From assembly GCF_004010195.1 (NCBI RefSeq), contig NC_057750.1, positions 20,124,783 to 20,188,782 of the forward strand: a stretch of DNA of 64,000 bases, given 5' to 3'. The notes beneath the pieces were generated by a model. It did not search any database. It worked only from the letters and a program-made list of their open reading frames with translations, and was not told where the DNA came from. This DNA comes from Chiloscyllium plagiosum (lineage: Eukaryota). The position numbers and the translations under genes were made by a program. Below are positions 11,001 through 21,753 of this stretch, one piece after another. The first letter of the stretch is position 1. Every line of letters begins with the position of its first letter.

Positions 11001-14000
11001 AATGGCACTAGATTAGGTTAGGAGATCTGGGACAGCATGGTCGGGTTGGGCCGAAGGGCCTGTTTCCGTGCTGTACATCCCTCTGACTCTAAATGGGACT
11101 AGATTAGGTTAGGATATCTGGGACAGCATGGACGGGTTGGGCTGAAGGGCCTGTTTCCGTGCTGTACGTCTCTCTGACTCTAAATGGCACTAGATTAGGT
11201 TAGGATATCTGGGTCAGCATGGTCGGGTTGGGCCGAAGGGCCTGTTTCCGTGCTGTACATCCCTCTGACTCTATGACTGACCTCCAACAACCACAACCAC
11301 TCCCTTTGATTTATCGGCGTTTTAAAGAGGTTAAGGGGAACTGATAAAGGTAAATCGAGTGGAACCTGTTTTGGAGCTTGAAACGAGGGGCAGATGTTTA
11401 AAATTAAAACTTCAGCAGCAAAAGTAGGCGACACTTATCTTATCGACTCAGGAGTCATGGGGTATGAAAACAGACCCTTTGGTCAACTCCATCCATGCTG
11501 ACCCGGTTTCCTCGTGGAACTAGTCCCTTTTCCCTGTGTCCCGTCTACACCCCGCCAAACCTGTCCTCCTCACGTGTTCAACCAAGCTCTTGAGGGAAAT
11601 GATCAAACGGTTTTTTTTTTTGTGTGAAACCACATTTGTTTGTTATCTCAGCGAATAACAGCCGAGGCTGGAAGGGCTGAATGGTCTCCTCTGTCTTTGG
11701 ATCCTAAACCCTATTATCCAGAGGCCCCGTCTCCCAGTGCGCTGGTGGGGTCTCGCAGTTCAGCCCGTCGATTTTCTGATTCTTTTACCTTTGAGGTAGC
11801 CGGACACTTTGGGTTCCATTAAGCTCTGGCTCACTTCCATCCTCAGATTGGCTCCTATTGAGATAAGTTCATGGTTTACATCTCTCAATACTTGTCCGTG
11901 TAACCAGAAACCTCCATTCAGTGTCACGCTGTACCTTTACTCTCAATCTCTTGCAGTATGTTGCTCAGTTTGCGGTTGGCAAATTTCATCTCGATGAACG
12001 TTTCCCACATTACTCTCCCCGCCTGAGCTCCACTCTCCATCACCGAATCCAGGAGACGTTCTGATGCTTGCCGATGACTCCCATCCTTCACCAGGCGTTG
12101 GATTTCCTGGAAAACAGTAGCTCGGTCACATCCTTCTGCCTGCAGTGTCTCCAGGGTATCTGGATGCGGGTTTGCTCGCTGAGCTGGAAGGCTCGGCTTC
12201 AGACGTTTCGTCACCCTACGCGGTAACATCCTCAGTGGGACTCCGGGTGAAGCACTGTTCATGAGCCCTGCTTTCTGTTTATGTGTTTGGGTTGGTGATG
12301 TCACTTCCCGTGACCAAAGCAAACACATAAACAGAAGGCAGGAATTATCAGCAGTGCTTCGCCCGGGGGCCCACTGAAGATGTCACCGCGTAGGGTGACG
12401 AAACGTCTGAAACCGAACCTTTCAGCTCAGCGAGCAAACCGACAGCCAGAACCTCGACCTGAGCTACAAATCTTCTCAAAGCTCGCTCTCTGTGATATCG
12501 TTAAAGCAAAAAGACCCCTGTAATTATCGAGTCTGTACATATTTCCCTGTGGATCAACTAAAAGGGAGCCATCGTTAAGAGAAATTGTTGCAAAAATGAA
12601 ACAGATAAACTGTCACTGATTTTTGATAAGCACCTATAAGTTGAATCAGAGTTTCCCAGATTTGTGATGTTATTCTGTGCAATGTAATGGTATCATGTTA
12701 TAACTGAGCTGTGAGGGATTAGTTCTACCTTTAGGCAACATGGGATCTGCGCAAATCTCAGTTTGTAAATTGAATTGGTTAGTCAGTGTTCATATGGAAT
12801 GAGCTGCCAGAGGAAGTGGTGGGGGCTGGTACAATGACAGCATTTAAAAGGTGGGGATGGGGACATGAATAGGAAGGGGTTAGAGGGAGATGGGCCAAGT
12901 GCTGGCAAATGGGACTAAGTTAGGTTAGGATATCTGGGACAGCATGGACAGGTTGGGCCGAAGGGTCTGTTTCCGTGCTGTACATCCCTCTGACTCTAAA
13001 TGGGACTAGATTAGGTTAGGATACCTGGGACAGCATGGACGGGGTGGGCCGAAGGGCCTGTTTCCGTGCTGTCCATCTCTCTGGTTAAGATGATTCAACC
13101 CCACCTTGTCAAGCACATTAAGGATGGGCACTGAAGCAGCCAGTGAACTAATACGTAACGAGTGAGGAAATAAATATGTTTTTATTAATTGTGTTTGGAG
13201 ACTAATGCATGTAATTGTAAAACTCTCCCATTGTAACAATGGTCCGGAGTGATTTCCTTTTCCCCCACTTTGACTGCAATGTTATTTACAGGAGCTGCCA
13301 ATGACCAGGGGGGTGGGATGTTTAATCCCTGACCCTAACGTGTTGAGCGCTCTGCCTGACTGTGACAGGAAGGGAGGATTTGAAGGTGGGGAGGTGTCTG
13401 TGATCTGGCTCGGGCTCATCGAGAGTGCGGTGATGGAGCTGTGCCCCCTCCCAAACCGAGTCCGTCCCCAGCTCCCTGCGACCGCGGGGTTTCAGGAATG
13501 CAGAGTTGTTCAATTCCAGTTAACGTCGCTAACGTGCCGACCGGCCTCCGGGAGCCAGGCGGTCCGTTCCAACACCGATAGTGCCTGAGGGACGCTCGGA
13601 CATCAGAGGGGAGCACACACTCGTCATTGTTTACCCACTCTGATCCCTCCTGCCTCCCCAAAACAACACTGGACCCGTTCTCCGGTCAGCCCGGTCAAAA
13701 TCCCACCCTGAGCATTCAAGACAGCACGTGCGTGATTAAGAGATACGTCAGCCCTCGTTTCTTAGGAGGACAGTGAGACGTCAACAGCTTCAGGCAAAAA
13801 CGAAATAAAATTGCCAGGTCTATTAAACAAAGCTGTTGTGTTCAAAAGGGGGAGGGGCGGGGGGGTGATCAGCAGCACATTAGATCGAAGAACAGCTGAG
13901 CCTACCCTGTAGAAATGTTCATATGACTTTGTCTCGTGTCGTATCTTCAGAGAGACAGCTTCAACACACTCCTCAATAGCCTCTTCTAATCTCTGTCGAT

Positions 14001-15444
14001 AAAATCCAGTGACTTTGCGGAGAGTGACGTCAGTATACCCTCTCAAGGTCTGTCTGATAGCAGCACAGGGATCTGGAAAGAGGGGTGCAAAGAAATAATT
14101 GAAGACAGGAACTAAAAAAACTCAGCGGGCCAGGCTGCGTCCGCGGGAAAGGGGCAAAGTCTCGAGTCCACTGCTAGTCTTCATCAGAACCGAGGAGGGA
14201 AGCAGAGAGCTACAGCGCTCTTCACGAGAGAGAGAGAGAAAGGAGAGCAGGACGCCAACGTTGGTTACTCGATAAGGATCTGACACTGGCTGCGAAACGG
14301 TTTGCGACGTGAGGACAGGTATTTGAGAAATAGGGGACGGTCCTCTCATTTGTGGAATCACAATTGAACAGGCAGAATTAAGCCCCAAATCAGAACAGGG
14401 AATCATTCTGACCACGGAATCCCGACCGCGTGGAAACAGGCCAAACAAATCCACAGCCGCCCTCTGAAGAGTAAATCACCCAGACCCTATTACTCTACAT
14501 TTGCCCCTGATCAATCCACCCAAACCCGCACATCCCTGGGCACTATGGGACAATTCCCCATGGCCAATCCCACCCTAACCTGGACATCCCTGGGCACTAT
14601 GGGACAATTCCCCATGGCCAATCCCACCCTAACCTGCACATCCCTGGGCACTATGGGACAATTTCCCATGGCCAATCCACCCTAACCTGCACATCCCTGG
14701 ACACTATGGGACAATTTCCCATGACCAATCCTACCCTAACCTGCACATGTTTGGACTGTGGGAGGAAACCGGAGCACCCGGAGGAAACCCACTCAGACAC
14801 AGGGGGGTGAATGTGCAAACTCCACACAGTCAGTCGCCCCCCGAGGGTGGGATCGAACCCGGGTGCCTGGCGCTGGGAGGCAGCAGGTGCCGACCACTGA
14901 GGCACCGTGCCGCCCTATGTCCTGCTGAAAGGTGACAGTGGATGCAGGACGTCAAGCGGATTTTAAAACGTGAGCCGGGGCAGATACCTGCGTTAGGCTG
15001 ATCCAACGCCTCGGCCAAGCCGGAGGTGAACGTCAACTTTGCTTTCTTCGCTGGGGTTGCCCCCCGTCCGACTGCGGTGTGCGGATCATCGGCTGCTCGG
15101 AATTTGGTACCCAGCTGCCTGTCCATGTCGTTCCCCGTCTGTCCCCGAGTCACCAAATTCTTATCCGTATCGACGGAAGCCAGTTCCATATTGTCAAGTG
15201 AATCTGACCTGGGCTCTGCGGAGTGAGTGTCCTTGCTTTGTTTGACGGGAGCCTGGTTCGCCTCGTCGATCGTGACGGAGCCAGGCTCCCGATAACCGAA
15301 AGGACTGGCTTCGCTGCCACCCACAACGCTGCCCATCCTTCGACTGGAGTCGCCGCCTTTATGCCACGGCAGGGTGGGGACCTCTCTCTCGCCCCCAGCG
15401 GCTGAACCGTGCCGACCTCCGGCACCACCAAAGATCCCGGTCGC
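1906..15444 (-). CDS. NLR-family (NACHT-LRR) immune receptor gene, multi-exon, incomplete at both ends (NLRP3/NLRC3-like shark expansion type)
   Basis: Eight exons join in frame through GT/AG sites: (gap)15444-14988, 14072-13906, 12106-11935, 11854-11789, 6444-4698, 2538-2452, 2337-2167, 2076-1906. They encode a death-fold-like N-terminus, NACHT and RI-like LRRs. Confidence 0.9.
2167..2337 (-). CDS. NLR LRR exon (171 bp)
   Basis: LSSNDLSHTDAQELAKGLSSNSSLTQLNLSQNKLGDTGVTNVCEALSSPQCKIQSL; typical 171-bp phase 2-2 RI-like LRR exon. Confidence 0.92.
2452..2538 (-). CDS. NLR LRR exon (87 bp)
   Basis: LRGNNLTDNGVKLLSETLKREDCQIQIL; TAG acceptor, GTAAGT donor, phase 2-2. Confidence 0.9.
3275..4160 (+). 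mobile_element. HE1/V-SINE-like element with about 12 x 53-bp internal minisatellite (about 3380-4025)
   Basis: Core gggtttcctctgggtgctccggtttcctcccacagtccaaag followed by the tandem array and the SINE tail. Confidence 0.8.
4698..6444 (-). CDS. NLR NACHT exon (pre-NACHT region, NBD, HD1, WHD, HD2, first LRR)
   Basis: Uninterrupted 1747-bp frame containing Walker A GPAGSGKT, Walker B LLFILDSLEE, sensor VLLTTRP and WHD FSFVHVTLQEFLAAL. AAG acceptor, GTACGG donor. Confidence 0.95.
6556..6985 (+). mobile_element. CR1-type LINE 3' end
   Basis: [14 protein letters not shown]...RRLRGDLIETYKI followed by a tail. Confidence 0.88.
7110..8270 (-). mobile_element. Degenerate R2-superfamily (RLE-type) non-LTR reverse transcriptase fragment
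   Basis: Frame-broken translation gives LNKRQKGFMAGCEENIKILENI, RQGDALSPILFD, KFCNNTGMEVN and LLKPVQKLEL...FIPRLYYYL; AT-rich. Confidence 0.7.
8996..9880. mobile_element. Penelope-like element: GIY-YIG fragment (+) with inverted partial copy (-)
   Basis: NVIYKIPCKDCNNHYVGQTGR...HEHQL and KQRHAREFLEAWHS; about 9140-9350 is the reverse complement of about 9670-9870. Confidence 0.8.
10510..11280 (+). repeat. CR1 3' end followed by 7 x 91-bp tandem copies of its tail (10636-11272)
   Basis: Unit aaatgggactagattaggttaggatatctgggacagcatgg...gggccgaagggcctgtttccgtgctgtacatctctctgactct; period 91. Confidence 0.9.
11789..11854 (-). CDS. NLR linker exon
   Basis: 66 bp, phase 1-1, (G)ANLRMEVSQSLMEPKVSGYLK, with AATAG acceptor and GTAAAAG donor. 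Confidence 0.75.
11935..12106 (-). CDS. NLR exon, second half of death-fold/CARD-like domain
   Basis: TTTTCCAG acceptor; EIQRLVKDGSHRQASERLLDSVMESGAQAGRVMWETFIEMKFANRKLSNILQEIESK; GTACAG donor; 172 bp. Confidence 0.85.
12159..12490. mobile_element. Foldback of two inverted Penelope-like terminal repeats, each carrying a hammerhead motif
   Basis: 12159-about 12290 pairs with about 12320-12450. CTGAAGA-T-GTCACC..GGTGAC-GAAA-CGTC at 12374-12407 (+) and CTGAGGA-T-GTTACC..GGTGAC-GAAA-CGTC at 12235-12202 (-). Confidence 0.75.
12790..13083 (+). mobile_element. CR1 3' end with two tandem tail copies
   Basis: tggaatgagctgccagaggaagtgg... followed by 2 units of the 91-bp tail. Confidence 0.8.
13906..14072 (-). 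CDS. NLR exon, first half of death-fold/CARD-like domain
   Basis: CTTTCCAG acceptor; PCAAIRQTLRGYTDVTLRKVTGFYRQRLEEAIEECVEAVSLKIRHETKSYEHFYR; GTAGGC donor; 167 bp. Confidence 0.8.
14400..14910 (-). mobile_element. HE1/V-SINE-like element with about 4 x 53-54-bp internal repeats
   Basis: tRNA-like head (B-box GGTTCGATCCC), core, tandem units and tail on the minus strand. Confidence 0.8.
14988..15444 (-). CDS. NLR N-terminal low-complexity exon (5' end lost in N gap)
   Basis: Open frame ...GATPAKKAKLTFTSGLAEALDQPNA ends at a G|GTATCT donor (phase 1) that joins in frame to exon 14072 (D-PCAA...). Confidence 0.65.
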
Positions 15445-15944
15445 NNNNNNNNNNNNNNNNNNNNNNNNNNNNNNNNNNNNNNNNNNNNNNNNNNNNNNNN
15501 NNNNNNNNNNNNNNNNNNNNNNNNNNNNNNNNNNNNNNNNNNNNNNNNNNNNNNNNNNNNNNNNNNNNNNNNNNNNNNNNNNNNNNNNNNNNNNNNNNNN
15601 NNNNNNNNNNNNNNNNNNNNNNNNNNNNNNNNNNNNNNNNNNNNNNNNNNNNNNNNNNNNNNNNNNNNNNNNNNNNNNNNNNNNNNNNNNNNNNNNNNNN
15701 NNNNNNNNNNNNNNNNNNNNNNNNNNNNNNNNNNNNNNNNNNNNNNNNNNNNNNNNNNNNNNNNNNNNNNNNNNNNNNNNNNNNNNNNNNNNNNNNNNNN
15801 NNNNNNNNNNNNNNNNNNNNNNNNNNNNNNNNNNNNNNNNNNNNNNNNNNNNNNNNNNNNNNNNNNNNNNNNNNNNNNNNNNNNNNNNNNNNNNNNNNNN
15901 NNNNNNNNNNNNNNNNNNNNNNNNNNNNNNNNNNNNNNNNNNNN
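15445..15944. other. Assembly gap of exactly 500 N
   Basis: Round size, unlike the other irregular gaps (17685-18114, about 20806-20954, about 23863-23884, about 29887-30035). Confidence 0.95.
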
Positions 15945-17102
15945 TAATTAAACTATACATAGATCTCTTTGGTCAGTCTATACCAAAGCAGTGCAATAAA
16001 ATATTTCTATCCCTTGAGAGTTGTATAGCCCTTTTCTTCACTACATAGCAGGAAGGACTGTATAGAGATGAGATTAACATCTAATGTGTATGGCCAGTGT
16101 GCTATGAGAAAACATACAGAAACAAATGCCAGAAGGAGGATGCGCACAACAACAGTGCGAGTGAACCTCTTGATGGCATGTGAGAGATACAGAGAATGTG
16201 AAACAAAGAGGACATTGTTGGAAAAAAAAAGTGCAAGAAAGGCAGATCAAACACCTGGAAAATTGAAGTCCTTTTGTGAGCACTGAGAGATACAGCACAA
16301 GCAGTAGGTGGAAAGTTGATAAAGATGTGTGTGTGTATGTGTGGAGTGTACAGCAGGAGGGCCAATGTGTAAAGGAGTGAGTGCCTGTGTGAGCAATATC
16401 CTCCTTTGGGGAGATGATGGCCGAGTGGCATTAATCTGGACACACTCAAGTAATGTTCTCTTCACCCAGGTTCCAATCCCAACATCAGATGGTGGAATTT
16501 TAATTTCAGATTCTTACTGAATTCAGAGTCTGATGATTAGAATGAAACCATTGTGCATTGTTGGAAAAACCCACTTGATTCACTAATGCCTTTTAGGGAA
16601 TTAAACTGCCATCTTTACATGGTCTCAACTACAGACAACTCCAGACCTACAGCACTTAATACTTGATACTTAACTGCCCTGTGGGTAATTTGGAATTGGG
16701 CTACAAATGACGGCATAACCAGCCATGCTGTCATCCTGTGAAAGAATAAAACAAATTACAGCAGAGGGTGTTTGTGTGTCTGATGGAGTTCATAGGGGAA
16801 GGCAGACTGGTAAAAGGAGTTTGTGTTGAGAATACCAGCAGAGGGGTAATTTGTTGTATGCGGGCGATGGAGTTAGAGAGCATTTATTGAGAAAAGACTC
16901 AGACAGTATATAGCAGTACAAAAGATTTGTAAAGAGATGAGAGTGTGTGAGAGAGCGCACGAGTGCATGTGGATGGTATGTTAAATCACCTGTAGAAGGA
17001 AAACTGGTAAAAGGAGTGAGAAATAGAGTTTTCAGCTGAGGGAAGATTGGTTAGAAATGCGTGGCTGCGTGATTATTTGGAGGAGCCGGGGTGGGAAACA
17101 AT

Positions 17103-19278
17103 GTTAAAAATCTCACAACACCAGGTATCAAAAGGTGATATCTCAGCTCAGACAATGCATTAAAGGTGTGCAGTTAGAGTCTGTCTGTATTCCCAATCTA
17201 GTGTCAGACTGGTTCGATTTCCAAAGTGGAGTATACAAAATATTACATGGATTGACTGCCTGCAAATTCTGCACTTTTTGAGCAAAATAGAATGTATCTG
17301 CAAATTTAATTATGCAAATACAAATTCATCCCATAAACTTGTGTGGGCGCATATGGAACCAGTCTGACTCAAGACTGGGAATACAGACAGACTCTAACCT
17401 CACACCTTTAATGCATTGTCTGGGCTGAGATGTCACCTTTTGTTATCAAACCTTAAGTTATAGAGTCATAGAGATGTACAGCACGGAAAGACCCTTCGGC
17501 CCGTCCATACTGACCAGATATCCCAACCCAATCTAGTCCCACCTGCCAGCACCCGACCCATATCCTTCCAAACCCTTCCTAATCATATACCCATCCAGCA
17601 ATTGTACCAGTCTCCACCACATCCTCTGGCAGCTCATTCCATACCCGTACCACCCTCTGGGTGAAAAGGTTGCCCCTTAGGTCTNNNNNNNNNNNNNNNN
17701 NNNNNNNNNNNNNNNNNNNNNNNNNNNNNNNNNNNNNNNNNNNNNNNNNNNNNNNNNNNNNNNNNNNNNNNNNNNNNNNNNNNNNNNNNNNNNNNNNNNN
17801 NNNNNNNNNNNNNNNNNNNNNNNNNNNNNNNNNNNNNNNNNNNNNNNNNNNNNNNNNNNNNNNNNNNNNNNNNNNNNNNNNNNNNNNNNNNNNNNNNNNN
17901 NNNNNNNNNNNNNNNNNNNNNNNNNNNNNNNNNNNNNNNNNNNNNNNNNNNNNNNNNNNNNNNNNNNNNNNNNNNNNNNNNNNNNNNNNNNNNNNNNNNN
18001 NNNNNNNNNNNNNNNNNNNNNNNNNNNNNNNNNNNNNNNNNNNNNNNNNNNNNNNNNNNNNNNNNNNNNNNNNNNNNNNNNNNNNNNNNNNNNNNNNNNN
18101 NNNNNNNNNNNNNNCACTGGTCACAGGCCTCCAGTCTGAAAAACAACCCTCCACCACCATCCTCTGTCTTCTACCTTTGAGCCAGTTCTGTTTCCAAATG
18201 GCTAGTTCTCCCTGTATTCCATGAGATCTAACCTTGCTAATCAGTCTCCCATTGGGAACCTTGTCGAACGCCTTACTGAAGTCTATATGGATCACATCTA
18301 CTGCTCTGCCCTAATCAATCTTCTTTGTTACTTCTTCAAAAAACTCAGTCAAGTTTGTGAGACAAGATTTCCCTCGCACAAAGCCATGTTGACTATCCCT
18401 AATCAGATCTTGCCTTTCCAAATACTTGTACATCCTGTCCCTCAGGATTCCCTCCAACAACTTGCCCACCACTGACGTCAGGCTCACTGGTCTATAGTTC
18501 CCTGGCTTGTCCTTACCGCCCTTCTTAAACAGTGGCACGTTTGCCAACCTCCAGTCTTCCAGTACCTCACCCTGTGACTATCGATGATACAAATATCTCA
18601 GCAAGAGGCGCAGCAATTACTTCTCTAGCTTCCCACAGAGCTCCAGGGTACACCTGATCAGGTTCTGGGGATTTATCCACCTTTATGCATTTCAAGATAT
18701 CCAGCACTTCCTCCTCGGTAATATGGACATTTTGCAAGTTCTCACCATCTATTTCCCAAAATTCTATATCTTCCATATCCTTTACCACAGTAAATACTGA
18801 TGCAAAATACTTGTTTAGTATCTCCCCCATTTTCTGCACCTCCACACAAAAGCCACCTTGCTGATCTTTGAGGGCCCCTATTCTCTCCCCCGTTACCCAT
18901 TTGTCCTTAATGTATTTGTAAAGACCCTTTGGATCCTCCTTAACTCTATTTGCCAAAGCTATCTCATGTCCCCTTTTTGCCCTCCTGATTTCCCTCTTAA
19001 GTATACTCCTACTGCCTTTATAAGTTATCTTGAGAATGTGATTTAAAAGTAGTTCTGGGACTTACATATTAATGAACCGAAACCAGCAAACCCATTCTAA
19101 AAGATGAAAGACTTAACAACCTCAATTTGTTCAATATCATTTCAGCTGCATGACACTAATCTTTTGCTTATAAATTGTGTCTTCTGGTCCTGCTTCACAA
19201 CCACCTGATAAGGAGCAGTGCTCCGAAACCTGGTGCTTCCAAATAAAGCTGTTGGACTGGTGTTGTGAGATTTTTAAC
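17103..19278. mobile_element. Inverted-ended Penelope-like derivative interrupted by a CR1 insertion (17462-19020, -)
   Basis: Ends gttaaaaatctcacaacaccag / ctggtgttgtgagatttttaac. The CR1 RT (NYRPVSLTSVVGKLLE, QHGFVRGKSCLTNL) is flanked by taagttat duplications. Confidence 0.75.
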
Positions 19279-21747
19279 TAGGTGCATGATGTGAGACTGG
19301 AGAATGGTAAAGGAGTGTGTACAGAGGGCAGATTGGTACAGTAATGAGAATAAAGTGGTAAAATAGACAGTATATAGCAGGGGAAAAGACTTGTAAAGTG
19401 GTGTGTATGCTTAAATGTCTGTAGAGGGGGAAATTGGTTAATGACTATTTACAAATATGCAGTCAGACAGCAACTAGTTTTTACAGTTGTGCTGCTCCAC
19501 TATAGCATTTCAGCCTTAGATAGTGCAGTGGAGGAATAAGCTCTGCTTATCATTAGAACAATACTCAATGAAGCTCAGAAGTGCACTTGGTAAGAGAAAT
19601 TGCAGTATCAACAGAAAGATGGTCCAGGAGAAATAGATGGTTCCAACTGGAAACCGTTTTTGTTATCTCTGACACGAGTCAGACATTAATGATCCTCTGA
19701 ACTGAGTACGACCCAATGTCATGATTCATCATGAAGAACAAGAACAATAATCAGATCAATGCTGAGAGACAGCACACGTTGATCATCCAAGGTATTTCTA
19801 TCCCCCGATACAAACTGGCATGAGTTCCAGTATGCATTTAAATTCCAGATTGGAATTCTTGAGAACCAATTTCAGTCAAATCCCTATGTTAGATCCCCCC
19901 CCCCCCCCAAAAGCTTTCCACTCCCCAGGAAATCCACATTGAATCCCTTTACTCCATGTTTCAATCATATAAGCAATAGAGTAGCTGGCCAGTGGGCTCT
20001 CTGTGCTACAAGTTCAATGGAACTTGATAAGATGTGTTGCAAATTGCCAAGGCTCTTCTGAATCTTTCAACTACTGGCTGGAGTCATACCTGGTACACAG
20101 GAAGTCAGAGGTCAGTCATCTCAGCACCAGGACATCTCTGCTGGAATTCCTCAGACCAACCCAATTCAGCTGCTCAATGACCTTCCCTCCATCCAGCACA
20201 ACGTTCAGACCATTAGGATTCTGAAGCAGTCCATGCTCAAATGCAGCAACTCCTGAACAATATTCAGACTTGGGCTGATAAGTGGCAAGTAACATTTACA
20301 CAGCACAAATGGCAAACCATCTCCAACAGGTGACAGAGAATCTAACCATTGTCCCTTGACACTAAATGCTATCATAACTGAAACCCCTACTACCACCAGC
20401 CTGGGGATTACCATCAATCAGAAGCAGAACTTAATTCACCATATACTTTTGGCTACAAAAGCAGGCCAAAAGCTAGAAATCCAGTAGTGAACAATTCACC
20501 TCTTGACTCCACAGTGGTTGTGCAAAGGGCATATGTAGAATAGAATGTTCTGCACTTGCCTGGATGGGTGCAGTTCCAATACCATTCAAGATACTTGACA
20601 CCATCCACGACAAAAGCAGTCCACTTGATTGGCACTCTCTCCACAAACTTTCAGTATTTACTCTCAACTGCCAACACTCAGTAGCAGTGGTGTTTCAGAA
20701 ATTACCCAAACTTCTTTGAACCCAAACCCATAACTTGTGTCATATAGAAGGACAAGAGCGGCAAATACATGGGAACACCACGGGAGGGTGGGGGTAAGGG
20801 TTGTTNNNNNNNNNNNNNNNNNNNNNNNNNNNNNNNNNNNNNNNNNNNNNNNNNNNNNNNNNNNNNNNNNNNNNNNNNNNNNNNNNNNNNNNNNNNNNNN
20901 NNNNNNNNNNNNNNNNNNNNNNNNNNNNNNNNNNNNNNNNNNNNNNNNNNNNNNGAAGGGGGGGGGGAGAAGGGAAGGGAGGGGCGGGGGGAAGGTTGGA
21001 AGGAAAGAAAGAAAGCACAAACAGAGAGAGAGATAGACAAACATTAAACAGAATTAAAAAACAACGCAAGTTCCCCTCCCCTCAGGATGGAGAGGAAGCT
21101 GCAAATCTCTCTCCACCCACCTTGTCCCACTCAGACATTTCCCACCACACCCAAACATAAAGTGGACTAAAGAATGTCAGATCAGTTATCAACTGAATGG
21201 TGCTGCAGGCTTCAGGGAGTGAACAACCTACTCCCATTCCTAATTATTATGGTCTTACAACTTTATCCAAAACCACATACCGTCCTCACTTGGAACTATA
21301 ATTACCATTCCTTCACTGTCATGGGTCTGACATAACGACAGCCAACAGCTCCATCACACAGACTTGTAGCTGCTCAAGACAGTGGCTCACCACTTCAGAA
21401 AGGAATAACCAGAGAGTATAAGGTAATAATTTCACAATTCTCCCTCACAACAAGAAAAAGGAATGCTAATCAATTGGCTCAGCACAAACTGGATTTTGTG
21501 GGAAGCAGCATTGTTGGTGGTAAACAGTTATGCCCTTGCCCAGACCTCCTGTCTGGCATGCCACTTAGTGAAATGCAGCGAGAGGCAAGGAACCGAGTGA
21601 CACGCAGGAGCAGCAGCACATTCTGGAAAGGGGTGGAGAGAAGTGGGCTCAGAGTAAACAACTCAGAAGTTTAAGGCTCCCACACTGTCTTCAGACAAAA
21701 TCCACCGTAAATTTTCCTTTTCTATTTAATAGCTTATTTTGAAAATA

Positions 21748-21753
21748 TTTATT
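21748..21753 (-). terminator. Candidate ZDHHC5 polyadenylation signal AATAAA
   Basis: tttatt on the + strand in an AT-rich patch about 1.1 kb after the stop codon; an ATTAAA candidate also lies near 22180. Confidence 0.4.

Noticed and set aside
13300..13760. CpG-rich intronic stretch as an additional NLR exon
   Set aside because: No recognisable peptide; the flanking exons already join in frame to complete the helical domain.
15374..21160. Long ORFs spanning N runs
   Set aside because: Artefacts of untranslatable gaps.
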